Shown in pieces: positions 1 to 7,146 of a DNA stretch of 32,000 nucleotides. Position 1 is the stretch's first letter. Each line of letters opens with the position of its first letter. Source of the DNA: a virus; the IMG/VR virus record IMGVR_UViG_3300029341_000012, positions 1-32,000 of that record, one strand, 5' to 3'. Position numbers and translations under genes: made by a program. A model generated the notes under the pieces. That model ran no database searches. It was not told where the DNA came from and saw only the letters and a list, made by a program, of their open reading frames with translations.

Positions 1-102
1 CTCGGTCGCACGGACGGAAACCGTGCCTAACAGTCCGTCGAGTATGAATTTATGGAGTCCTGCGGGACTTCAAGCCCCCACGTTTAGGTGGGGGTAGTTG
101 AC
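1..102 (+). mobile_element. Right end of an IS200/IS605-type element with likely omegaRNA 3' portion (rest is outside the window)
   Basis: Terminal hairpin CAAGCCCCCACGTTTAGGTGGGGGTAGTTGAC at 71-102, preceded by small hairpins (CGGAC..GTCCG, AGTCC..GGGACT), a layout typical of TnpB-element right ends. Confidence 0.6.
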
Positions 103-140
103 TCCGTTTGTCGCAGGTTCAAATCCTGTACAACCCGCCA
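103..140 (+). pseudogene. 3' half of a tRNA (probably tRNA-Asn), separated from its 5' half by the IS end
   Basis: TCCGTTTGTCGCAGGTTCAAATCCTGTACAACCCGCCA: T-arm, acceptor 3' strand and CCA present. The sequence before it is the IS hairpin instead of D-arm/anticodon stem. Confidence 0.6.
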
Positions 141-141
141 T

Positions 142-203
142 ATGCTACAGTGGCGAAACTGGCAGACGCGACGGTTTTAAGTCCCCCCGGCCGGAGCATT
201 TAT
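142..203 (+). pseudogene. Degenerate/truncated tRNA-Leu-like sequence
   Basis: ATGCTACAGTGGCGAAACTGGCAGACGCGACGGTTTTAAGT has a class II D-arm signature, but no T-arm follows. A short GGAGCAT can pair partly with the 5' ATGCTAC. Confidence 0.5.
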
Positions 204-206
204 CAT

Positions 207-282
207 AGGGGTATAGCTCAAGTGGTAGAGCAACGGTCTCCAAAACCGCGTGTTGTATGTTCGAGTCGTGTTACCCCTGCCA
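207..282 (+). tRNA. tRNA-Trp(CCA)
   Basis: Acceptor AGGGGTA/TACCCCT, anticodon loop CTCCAAA, T-loop TTCGAGT, encoded CCA. Anticodon stem has one A-C mismatch and the T-stem is wobble rich. Confidence 0.8.
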
Positions 283-289
283 CAATAAG

Positions 290-320
290 AAAAGCCGTCC
301 TCACATAAGAGGCGGCTTTT
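290..320 (+). terminator. Rho-independent terminator after tRNA-Trp
   Basis: AAAGCCGTCCTCACATAAGAGGCGGCTTTTTG. Confidence 0.75.
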
Positions 321-364
321 TGTTTTGAAGAGTATACAGACCAAAAAACTAAACCACAAGTTGA

Positions 365-392
365 TTGCGAACTTGCGAAAACATGGTATAAT
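365..392 (+). promoter_or_regulatory. Promoter
   Basis: TTGCGA-16 nt-TATAAT, with an internal TTGCGA repeat in the spacer. Confidence 0.7.
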
Positions 393-426
393 AATATCAG
401 AACGAAACGAAAGGAGATACCCCAAA

Positions 427-567
427 ATGCTGTGCAACACTGTTAATGTCATGTCGTATGAGTATAGTTACGAATATTCTGAGTTCATGTCCTTTGAACG
501 CAGTTTTATTTCTCATACTCCTCGACAGGCAAAAACAGACCATGTACAGATGCGGTGCGTCTTCTAA
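427..567 (+). CDS. Small hypothetical protein (46 aa)
   Basis: ATG downstream of promoter and GAAAGGAG RBS; ends before a terminator hairpin. Confidence 0.4.
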   Translation: MLCNTVNVMSYEYSYEYSEFMSFERSFISHTPRQAKTDHVQMRCVF

Positions 568-585
568 GCGATAACTGCATGTCAT

Positions 586-620
586 AGCTGCTTGTCGAGA
601 TTTCGGCAGGCAGCTTTTTT
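586..620 (+). terminator. Terminator-like hairpin
   Basis: AGCTGCTTGTCGAGATTTCGGCAGGCAGCTTTTTT. Confidence 0.6.
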
Positions 621-652
621 GTTGCCTGCAATACAGAAAGGCAGCAAGAAAA

Positions 653-874
653 ATGAACGTTCCTACTATTGATATCCAGCAGACAGGTGCCAATATCAAG
701 GCCCTGCGAAAGGCAGCAGGCATCAAGGTGAAGGATGTGGCAGACATGCTCGGTGTATCTCCGCAGGCGGTTGCTAAATGGCAAGCCGGAACAACGCTTC
801 CCACCATCGATAACCTTGTGATATTAGCAGCAATGCTCGATACGAAAATTGATGACATCCTTGTCATCGCATAA
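653..874 (+). CDS. Cro/C1-type helix-turn-helix protein
   Basis: Protein contains IKALRKAAGIKVKDVADMLGVSPQAVAKWQAGTTLPTIDNLVILAAMLDTKIDDIL, a classic HTH_3 pattern. Confidence 0.85.
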   Translation: MNVPTIDIQQTGANIKALRKAAGIKVKDVADMLGVSPQAVAKWQAGTTLPTIDNLVILAAMLDTKIDDILVIA

Positions 875-903
875 ACCCTCGCCGCAGGATTGCGGCTATA
901 TAT

Positions 904-983
904 GGCCCGTTGGACGAATTGGTAGAGTTGCCGCCCTTTCACGGCGGAGGTTATTGTGGGTTCGAAACCCACACGGGTCACCA
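904..983 (+). tRNA. tRNA-Glu(TTC)
   Basis: Acceptor GGCCCGT/ACGGGTC, anticodon arm CCGCC-CTTTCAC-GGCGG, T-arm GTGGGTTCGAAACCCAC, encoded CCA. Confidence 0.9.
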
Positions 984-1060
984 TGCTTCTGTAGCTCAAC
1001 AGGTAGAGCAGTGGTCTGAAGAGCCACGTGCAGCTGGTTCGAATCCAGCCGGGAGCACCA
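984..1060 (+). tRNA. tRNA-Phe(GAA)
   Basis: Anticodon loop CTGAAGA, T-arm CTGGTTCGAATCCAG, encoded CCA; directly abuts tRNA-Glu. Confidence 0.9.
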
Positions 1061-1087
1061 CGAGGCTTAATGCCTCCTTATATGTAT

Positions 1088-1172
1088 GTGCCGGTATGCA
1101 AGCGGTCAAAGCAAACTGTCTGTAAAACAGGTCTGTTACAGTTCGTAGGTTCGAATCCTACCCGGCACACCA
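1088..1172 (+). tRNA. tRNA-Tyr(GTA)
   Basis: Acceptor GTGCCGG/CCGGCAC, anticodon loop CTGTAAA, long variable arm, encoded CCA. Confidence 0.9.
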
Positions 1173-1175
1173 TAA

Positions 1176-1249
1176 GGCCCCTTCGACAAGTTGGTCTAAG
1201 TCGCCAGCCTCTCAAGCTGGAGTCGGCAGTTCGAGTCTGCCAGGGGTCA
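1176..1249 (+). tRNA. tRNA-Glu(CTC)
   Basis: Acceptor GGCCCCT/AGGGGTC, anticodon arm CCAGC-CTCTCAA-GCTGG; no encoded CCA. Confidence 0.85.
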
Positions 1250-1280
1250 TACAAGCACCTATGTGAAAAAGGTGCATTAT

Positions 1281-1370
1281 GCAGAGGTCGCCTAACGGTA
1301 GGGCAGCAGCTTGCTAAGCTGCCGTCGCGGAAATCGCGGCATGTGAGTTCGAATCTCACCCTCTGCGCCA
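1281..1370 (+). tRNA. tRNA-Ser(GCT)
   Basis: Acceptor GCAGAGG/CCTCTGC, anticodon loop TTGCTAA, long variable arm, encoded CCA. Confidence 0.9.
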
Positions 1371-1373
1371 TCT

Positions 1374-1461
1374 GCTTGCTTGTTCGAGTGGTTGATGAAA
1401 TCGGTCCAGAAAACCGACGATGGGAGACTGTCCGAAGGTTCGAATCCTTCAGCAAGCGCCA
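1374..1461 (+). tRNA. Class II tRNA, Ser-like, apparent anticodon AGA with C33
   Basis: Acceptor GCTTGCT/AGCAAGC, anticodon arm TCGGT-CCAGAAA-ACCGA, long variable arm, T-arm GAAGGTTCGAATCCTTC, CCA. Confidence 0.65.
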
Positions 1462-1820
1462 CTGCCCTCATTCTGTGCGGTATCCGTGCAGGTGAGGGCT
1501 TTTTCTTTTGCTTTTCGCTTCGAATTTCGGACTCGAATGGCGTTAATGGTCGGATATTCTTGATTATACATGCCTTTGCTGTATGGCAAATAGCTCCAAA
1601 CAGTATTGGTTTTTACACCCAATTCTTCTGCAATTTCAGGAACTGACATACCGTTCGCACGCAGCTTCCCGATTTTTTCTGATGTTTCATCTGACCATGC
1701 CCCGGCTGTAATCAGTATTTTGCGCACTTTCTGCAATGAGATGCCTGCACGTTTGGCAATGGTTCTTCTAGGTATACCTTGCTCATGGAACCGGAGAACC
1801 GTCTGCATTGTCGCGTCCAT
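1449..1820 (-). CDS. Helix-turn-helix-containing hypothetical protein
   Basis: Two HTH-like segments: GIPRRTIAKRAGISLQKVRKIL and GMSVPEIAEELGVKTNTVWSYL. Confidence 0.6.
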   Translation of the reverse strand: MDATMQTVLRFHEQGIPRRTIAKRAGISLQKVRKILITAGAWSDETSEKIGKLRANGMSVPEIAEELGVKTNTVWSYLPYSKGMYNQEYPTINAIRVRNSKRKAKEKALTCTDTAQNEGSGAC

Positions 1821-2206
1821 TTGTCAGTACCTCGCCGTTATCGATTTTTGTATTGCCCTAATTGTTGTACTTTAATCATACAGCAAAGCAACAAAATTGT
1901 CCAGGAAGCAAAAGTGCCTTCATTTGCCACTGATTCATCCGTTCGGAACGATATCGAAAATGCCTTGATATTATTCCGATGTAATATTCCGATAAGCCGA
2001 CTTTGTTCCGCAAATTGTGGATTGGATTCCTACCAAAGTTTGAAAGCAGAATGTTTCATCTATAGCTGCAAGGCTTTGGTGAGGAAGTTCACGGAATCAG
2101 TCCGTAAATCTAACGGCAGGATACTGCTCAAAGGTACAAATCCTTCAGCAAACGTCACAATCTCCAAAGTCAGCGATTGTTCGTAAATTTATGGGGGACT
2201 GCTTTC

Positions 2207-2235
2207 TTGTTTAGCACCACAATTTGTGATATAAT
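2207..2235 (+). promoter_or_regulatory. Promoter lacking the TTGCGA box
   Basis: TTGTTT-17 nt-TATAAT. Confidence 0.5.
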
Positions 2236-2256
2236 AGCGAAAGAAAACAATGAATA

Positions 2257-2508
2257 ATGGAGTGCCATAAAATGCAGAAATACGATTTCATCAAGAAGCA
2301 ATATACGCCGTACACCCCACCTCAGAACGGGCATTGCGACATCATGGTTCATGCCAACGAAGAACTCAATTGTGCTGCGTGCGGACGTACCATCAACGAG
2401 CACAACGCATATACGTCTGCGGCCATCCAGAACGATATTGGCATTGGCTATCTGATTTGCAAAAGCTGCTATGAGCACGAGCTCGAAATCAGAAAAGCTG
2501 TAAAATAA
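2257..2508 (+). CDS. Small Cys-rich hypothetical protein (possible zinc-binding)
   Basis: Contains CAACGRTINEHN...ICKSCYEHE (paired CxxC motifs); followed by terminator. Confidence 0.6.
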   Translation: MECHKMQKYDFIKKQYTPYTPPQNGHCDIMVHANEELNCAACGRTINEHNAYTSAAIQNDIGIGYLICKSCYEHELEIRKAVK

Positions 2509-2514
2509 GGGTCC

Positions 2515-2544
2515 AGCCGCCTCCATAAGGAGGCGGCTTTTTTG
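2515..2544 (+). terminator. Rho-independent terminator
   Basis: AGCCGCCTCCATAAGGAGGCGGCTTTTTT. Confidence 0.9.
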
Positions 2545-2587
2545 CTTGTAAAAATATGTATAAACTGTTACCATTTAGCGTTTTCCG

Positions 2588-2616
2588 TTGTGAGAAATTG
2601 CGAATCGCGGTATAAT
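2588..2616 (+). promoter_or_regulatory. Promoter with internal TTGCGA box
   Basis: TTGTGA-GAAATTGCGAATCGCGG-TATAAT. Confidence 0.8.
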
Positions 2617-2648
2617 TAAAGTGTAGAAAATGAAAGGATTTTTACCGT

Positions 2649-3320
2649 ATGTACATTGATTTCACGAGCAAGCAGTACTCTTTCATCCTGCACGCTCTTG
2701 CCATCATGATAACGTTTTATAGCAACGATTTTTCCTCTATCTGCAAAGAGGTTGGAGAGGCTTATGGAGCAAGCGAGGCAGACATTGCAAGTGCTTGTGC
2801 TACTCTGACGGCTATCAACGTAACGGCTCCTGTTAAAAGCTATTCCGACAAGTGCAGCGAAATACTGGAAGATATGCTGCATCATGCACGGGAACTGCCG
2901 GAAAAGGATGCTCCGTATAAATACAGTATCGGCTTAGATACTCCTTCCTGGAAAGTCGTTGCCAATGCGTTGGATAGATACTCTCGCATTCTAATGGGTC
3001 AATTTGGTGTCATTTATGAAGCCCTCGATATTTCTGGTAACGATGAACAGCACTTTCAGGCGTATCATGATGCACGCTGGAACGGAACAGGCGTCATCGA
3101 AGCCCGTGACCTTCTAATTCCGCAGCTCAAAAGGATGGGAATTGGCTGGAACGGAAACTTCGGTATTTCCAACGCAGGGCTTGCCTACAACAGCAAGCTG
3201 GCATACGAGATTCTTAAAACCATTCGATATACGACAGAGAAACGAGATAGCTCCGTTCTGAAAGTGACAAACGAGCCGCTGCCGCATGTCGAGGGCTCTT
3301 TCCAAATCAAAGCACTGTGA
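2649..3320 (+). CDS. Hypothetical protein (223 aa)
   Basis: Long ORF with promoter and AAAGGA RBS upstream. Confidence 0.8.
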   Translation: MYIDFTSKQYSFILHALAIMITFYSNDFSSICKEVGEAYGASEADIASACATLTAINVTAPVKSYSDKCSEILEDMLHHARELPEKDAPYKYSIGLDTPSWKVVANALDRYSRILMGQFGVIYEALDISGNDEQHFQAYHDARWNGTGVIEARDLLIPQLKRMGIGWNGNFGISNAGLAYNSKLAYEILKTIRYTTEKRDSSVLKVTNEPLPHVEGSFQIKAL

Positions 3321-3342
3321 ACAAGATTGGAGGTTTTCCGGG

Positions 3343-3555
3343 GTGGGCGACCACATTATTTCTTTTCTCGACATCTGCGCCATGCGCGGTCAGCTGGTTT
3401 TGGCAAAAGCACCGTCCATCCCGGCTATCAATAACAAAACTGTGTATTGTACCGGCGCTCACAAACACGGAGAGGACCGTTGCATCGTTCTTGACGGTGA
3501 GAAGTACAGCCAGATTCTCTTTGTTGACGGAACAATAAAATTATGCTGGCAGTGA
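3343..3555 (+). CDS. Hypothetical protein, GTG start
   Basis: RBS TTGGAGG upstream of GTG; ORF VGDHIISFLDICAMRGQLVLAKAP... continuous to 3555. Confidence 0.5.
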   Translation: MGDHIISFLDICAMRGQLVLAKAPSIPAINNKTVYCTGAHKHGEDRCIVLDGEKYSQILFVDGTIKLCWQ

Positions 3556-3564
3556 GGTGGCATT

Positions 3565-4641
3565 GTGGATAATATCATTGTGAACAGTGCTCTCTGGTAT
3601 GCCGAGCAGAGCAGTCAATTTCTTGCGAATTCTGGGGCCAACAAGCTGCTGGATAAAGGCTATGACTACTATGTAAGTGAATTTATTCCGCTTGGGCACC
3701 GCCTTATCCAAAATGGTCAAATTGCTGCCAATGCGATGGATGGGGAGCTTGCCGCACAATTTTCGATGGCATACGTCGCAAACTATTGGCGTGCAGCGAA
3801 AACCGTATATAATTTTGCGCCGGAGTTTCTCAGAACATTGGCTGAGACTGAGGACGCACCGATTTATTCCGATATCATGATGCGGCTGCCATACAGAGAT
3901 TTTGTCATGAATCTTCCTGCTGGTTCCCATCATGATGCGATGTTCGTACACATCGAGTTTGATGCTTCCCATGGGCCGAACGATGTGGATACGCTCTTCC
4001 TGATTGTCCCTTTCAAGGCAAACCCCAATTTTGACAGTATCGAGCTCTGTCAATGTATGCAGTGGTGCCTCAACGGTAAGAAGCTAATTGAGTCCTATCG
4101 GCGCAACAACGACGCACGTGAACAAGCATTTCAAAGCGGAACGGATTCCGCGACCGTCAATGACGCCAAGATTTCAAACGTACCGGGTGCCGTTCTCAGC
4201 GAGGAAGAGCTGGAAAAGCAGCGGGAATTTAATGCTGGTATCGAACCGTATCTTCGTGTCGCGGTTTCTGCAGCTTATTACCTTGCATCCAAGAATGCTG
4301 AAATCAAAGAGGTAAAAATCCCGAAAGAGAAGCGGCCCATCCTTGTTTCCAAATCTGGCGCAGCTCCTAAAAGAGTCAACATCAAAACCTATAATGTCGG
4401 TTTTGTAATCGGGAAGAGCTTTGAAAAGCAGCTGGCTTCCGGTACAGAATATCAGAAATCTACGGCAGCTGGTACGGACCGTACGGTCAGACCTCATGTC
4501 CGCCGTGCTCATTGGCACCATTATTGGGTTGGAGAAGGTCGAACTCGCTTAGAAGTCCGCTGGATTGAGCCAACTTTTGTGCTGCCGGAAGGAAAACGTG
4601 AGATAAAAATTGCAACAGAAAGACGCGTCATGGGCACTTAA
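3565..4641 (+). CDS. Hypothetical protein (358 aa)
   Basis: Long ORF, same strand as neighbours. MDNIIVNSALWYAEQSSQFLANSGANKLLDKG... Confidence 0.85.
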   Translation: MDNIIVNSALWYAEQSSQFLANSGANKLLDKGYDYYVSEFIPLGHRLIQNGQIAANAMDGELAAQFSMAYVANYWRAAKTVYNFAPEFLRTLAETEDAPIYSDIMMRLPYRDFVMNLPAGSHHDAMFVHIEFDASHGPNDVDTLFLIVPFKANPNFDSIELCQCMQWCLNGKKLIESYRRNNDAREQAFQSGTDSATVNDAKISNVPGAVLSEEELEKQREFNAGIEPYLRVAVSAAYYLASKNAEIKEVKIPKEKRPILVSKSGAAPKRVNIKTYNVGFVIGKSFEKQLASGTEYQKSTAAGTDRTVRPHVRRAHWHHYWVGEGRTRLEVRWIEPTFVLPEGKREIKIATERRVMGT

Positions 4642-4652
4642 AGGAGATTCAT

Positions 4653-5192
4653 ATGAAAGCAAACTACAAAGTAATCGCAAACAAGCAGAAAATTCTTGAA
4701 AAAGAAATTGAAAATTTCGAGCCAACATCAACAATGTCAGTGCTTCTGATGCGCTACAGCATCATACAAGGGCTACTCCAGGTTAAGGTGAACGAAAAAG
4801 ATGAGAATGGTATCCCGAATATTAGCCCTGTGGATATGGCATACGAGATGACCACTTTCTTCGGCGACGCCGTCAATGCTGCGGCTGATGATTTCACAAA
4901 TGATGATGAGGACGACAGCACAATAAAATTTGATGGCACCGTTGATGAATTCCGGCAAGAACTGGCTAATCGGGTTCTGATAACACTCAGCCTGGCGTTT
5001 GAACATGAATTCATAAATTTTACAGAACAAACCGGGATTACCCGCGCCCAGTATGAGATTCTTGCCGCTGAATACATCGCCCACGCTGAAGATGATGGCA
5101 GCAAAGTATCCGAAATGTTCAAAGGTGACGATTCTGAAAAAACCAAGCCCAAAGGTTGGACCAGCGCCACACCACAAAACAGACGAAGCTAA
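4653..5192 (+). CDS. Hypothetical acidic protein (179 aa)
   Basis: AAAGGAG RBS upstream; ORF MKANYKVIANKQKILEKEIENF... Confidence 0.85.
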   Translation: MKANYKVIANKQKILEKEIENFEPTSTMSVLLMRYSIIQGLLQVKVNEKDENGIPNISPVDMAYEMTTFFGDAVNAAADDFTNDDEDDSTIKFDGTVDEFRQELANRVLITLSLAFEHEFINFTEQTGITRAQYEILAAEYIAHAEDDGSKVSEMFKGDDSEKTKPKGWTSATPQNRRS

Positions 5193-5201
5193 AAAAGCCA
5201 C

Positions 5202-5247
5202 TTGCACGAATGTGCGAACCGCCTAAAATAATAATTGCATAACAGAT
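5202..5247 (+). promoter_or_regulatory. Class B promoter plus conserved leader motif
   Basis: TTGCAC-GAATGTGCGAACCGCC-TAAAAT, then AATAATTGCATAACAGATACCATC. Confidence 0.65.
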
Positions 5248-5293
5248 ACCATCACTTACCTCCTAACTGAACATTAACAATCTGTCATGCTTG

Positions 5294-5330
5294 TAAGCAG
5301 ACTCTCTTTTGAGGGCCTGCTTCTTTTTTT
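5294..5330 (+). terminator. Terminator-like hairpin in leader before next ORF
   Basis: AAGCAGACTCTCTTTTGAGGGCCTGCTTCTTTTTTT. Confidence 0.6.
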
Positions 5331-5367
5331 GTATGTATTGATTAGAAACAAAAATATTTCAGAAAGG

Positions 5368-5619
5368 ATGAATACTATGACCACAAATACCAAGAACAGC
5401 TTTACCAGGTTCGCAGCTGCCGCAAAAGATTGCTTCTATGTGAATTCTTTTCGTGCAGACTTAGTTCAGTGCGACAGGGCCTTGAAAATGGACGGCGAGA
5501 TGCACGTCGAAGCGGAATGCTGGATGAACATTTTGGATGCCCTGGACGATAACGACATCAAGATGTATGTCGATAACGAATACCGTCCCGGGCTTTTGAA
5601 CCCGTTCCATAAATGGTGA
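5368..5619 (+). CDS. Hypothetical protein, paralog of 20906..21151
   Basis: AGAAAGG upstream; shares AECWMNILDA...YVDNEYRPGLLNPF with AECWLDVLSA...YVHTKYKPGLLNPF. Confidence 0.75.
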   Translation: MNTMTTNTKNSFTRFAAAAKDCFYVNSFRADLVQCDRALKMDGEMHVEAECWMNILDALDDNDIKMYVDNEYRPGLLNPFHKW

Positions 5620-5633
5620 CGCTCCAAAAACAA

Positions 5634-5665
5634 GTCAATAACCCACGACTAAAGTCGTGGGCTTG
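5634..5665 (-). mobile_element. IS200/IS605-type end hairpin (orphan)
   Basis: Minus strand reads CAAGCCCACGACTTTAGTCGTGGGTTATTGAC, same layout as 71-102. Confidence 0.55.
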
Positions 5666-5721
5666 CGTCAGTAAGAAATCCCACCAAAAAAAAATACCCG
5701 AAGTGTGAAAGGAGCATAACA

Positions 5722-6203
5722 ATGCTTAATTCAAATATCAATAAAACCCTTGAAATCAACTCGAATAAAGCCGTTCTTCTCAGCATCAAGAAGCAATGGC
5801 TTGAAAAAATTCTGAGCGGAGAAAAGACTGTTGAGGTCCGAAAAACTATGCCGTGGGAAATTAGCTATCCTTTTGTAGTATTTTGCTACGAAACCAAAGC
5901 TAACGGTGGTGCTGGAAAAGTGACTGCCGCATTGTTTGCCGTGCCATCAATACACTCGATTGCCTGCGTGAGCTTCCGGCATATGCTATTGGCACGGAAG
6001 TGACCGAAAAGACCGCTCAATTCGTGAAGGACAGCTGCCTTACCGCAAATGAGCTGATTGCATACGGCAATAAGTCCGGCACTCTTTATTGCTGGAACGT
6101 TTCTGATGTCCAATCTATGGATATGTCGCTGCGAGAGCTCGGCGTTAAGCGAGCACCACAGTCCTGGATGTATCTGCGGATTCCTGATAACAAGACGTTC
6201 TGA
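5722..6203 (+). pseudogene. ASCH-like domain protein split by a single frameshift (ORFs 5722..6003 and 6000..6203)
   Basis: Frame 1 gives VLLSIKKQWLEKILSGEKTVEVRKTMPWE...GAGKVTAA; the other frame continues CRAINTLDCLRELPAYAIGTEVTEKTAQFVKDSCLTANELIAYG....WMYLRIPDNKTF. Confidence 0.6.
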
Positions 6204-6301
6204 ACGATGTCTGTTTGGGCTGGCTACGTGTACAAGCCAAACAAAATATCAACTACACGATAAAAACACACTCGAATGAATGATTCATCGTGCGAACAAC
6301 G

Positions 6302-6338
6302 CAGACTCTCGATTTTTGAGGGCCTGCTATTTTTTATT
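6302..6338 (+). terminator. Terminator-like hairpin upstream of RBS
   Basis: GCAGACTCTCGATTTTTGAGGGCCTGCTATTTTTTATT. Confidence 0.55.
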
Positions 6339-6354
6339 TCAGGAGGAAAAATCG

Positions 6355-6894
6355 ATGATTCTCTATCATATCATGGCAGACACCGGTTACTTGCCGGACG
6401 ATGTCATTCCACAGATACCAACGAATCGGATAAAAGGGGAGAACCAAGAAATCCCAAGAATTTGTCTTGGGCATACCCTTGACGACTGCCTGACCAGCAT
6501 CGGCATTGCGCATTTTGTCTCAAAATTCCTGCTCGCTGAGCTGCGTCAGAACAAAAAATACTCCAAGGACATGCCGTTACCGTTCATTGTCCGAATGTAC
6601 AACATCAAGGACGAAGACCCGAATCTCTTGACCGAGGAAGAAACACAGAAATATGTGGCGGATTCTGTCGTGACCAGTGAATGCTGGCTCACAAGATACG
6701 AGAAACCCGTCAAAATCCAGAAACTTTGGCTTGTGGGTGGTGAAGTTGTTCTTTGGCCCTATATCGTTGACGGCGTTGTATACAATTACCCAATCGTCCG
6801 TAACTCAATTTGGGCAGACAGCAAAACCTTGCCGGACCCGGAATTTCAGAATCAAATCATGGATATCACTCAGAAATGGCTTAACGAAGCCTGA
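6355..6894 (+). CDS. Hypothetical protein (about 179 aa)
   Basis: AGGAGG RBS before ATG at 6355; ORF MILYHIMADTGYLPDDVIPQ... Confidence 0.8.
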   Translation: MILYHIMADTGYLPDDVIPQIPTNRIKGENQEIPRICLGHTLDDCLTSIGIAHFVSKFLLAELRQNKKYSKDMPLPFIVRMYNIKDEDPNLLTEEETQKYVADSVVTSECWLTRYEKPVKIQKLWLVGGEVVLWPYIVDGVVYNYPIVRNSIWADSKTLPDPEFQNQIMDITQKWLNEA

Positions 6895-6916
6895 AAAAGA
6901 AGCACATCAAAAGCTC

Positions 6917-6995
6917 TTGCACATCCTTGCGAATTCCATAGTATTAAAGTTGTACGACAGATAACATCTACTTTGCACACCGCGTGCTCGTACAA
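6917..6995 (+). promoter_or_regulatory. Class B promoter and structured leader
   Basis: TTGCAC-ATCCTTGCGAATTCCA-TAGTAT, then TAAAGTTGTACGACAGATAACATC; TTGTACGA (6950-6957) can pair with TCGTACAA (6988-6995). Confidence 0.65.
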
Positions 6996-7016
6996 TTCAT
7001 AATTCTGTTCTCATTC

Positions 7017-7055
7017 AAGGCAGACTCATCTTCATGATGGGCCTGCCTTTTTTTG
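7017..7055 (+). terminator. Terminator-like hairpin in leader
   Basis: AAGGCAGACTCATCTTCATGATGGGCCTGCCTTTTTTTG. Confidence 0.65.
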
Positions 7056-7146
7056 TTTACAGAAAAAGGAGGAATTCAAAACAAACCACAAATCTCAAAT
7101 CACAATCTTCCGCTACAAGGAAAAGACACAAAAAAGGAGTCACAAA

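Noticed and set aside
108-308. ORF MSQVQILYNPPYATVAKLADATV...
   Set aside because: Translation of tRNA sequence; typical spurious ORF. The same applies to 910..1125 and 1028..1495.
1078-1455. Minus-strand ORF MLKDSNLRTVSHRRFSGPISS...
   Set aside because: Antisense to the tRNA array; the motif (V)GFEPT is a known artefact of tRNA T-arms.
6225-6300. Further class B leader before the gene at 6355 (CACGAT...ATCGTG pairing)
   Set aside because: The pairing is present, but no acceptable -10 or TTGCGA box at the expected distance, so I did not count it.
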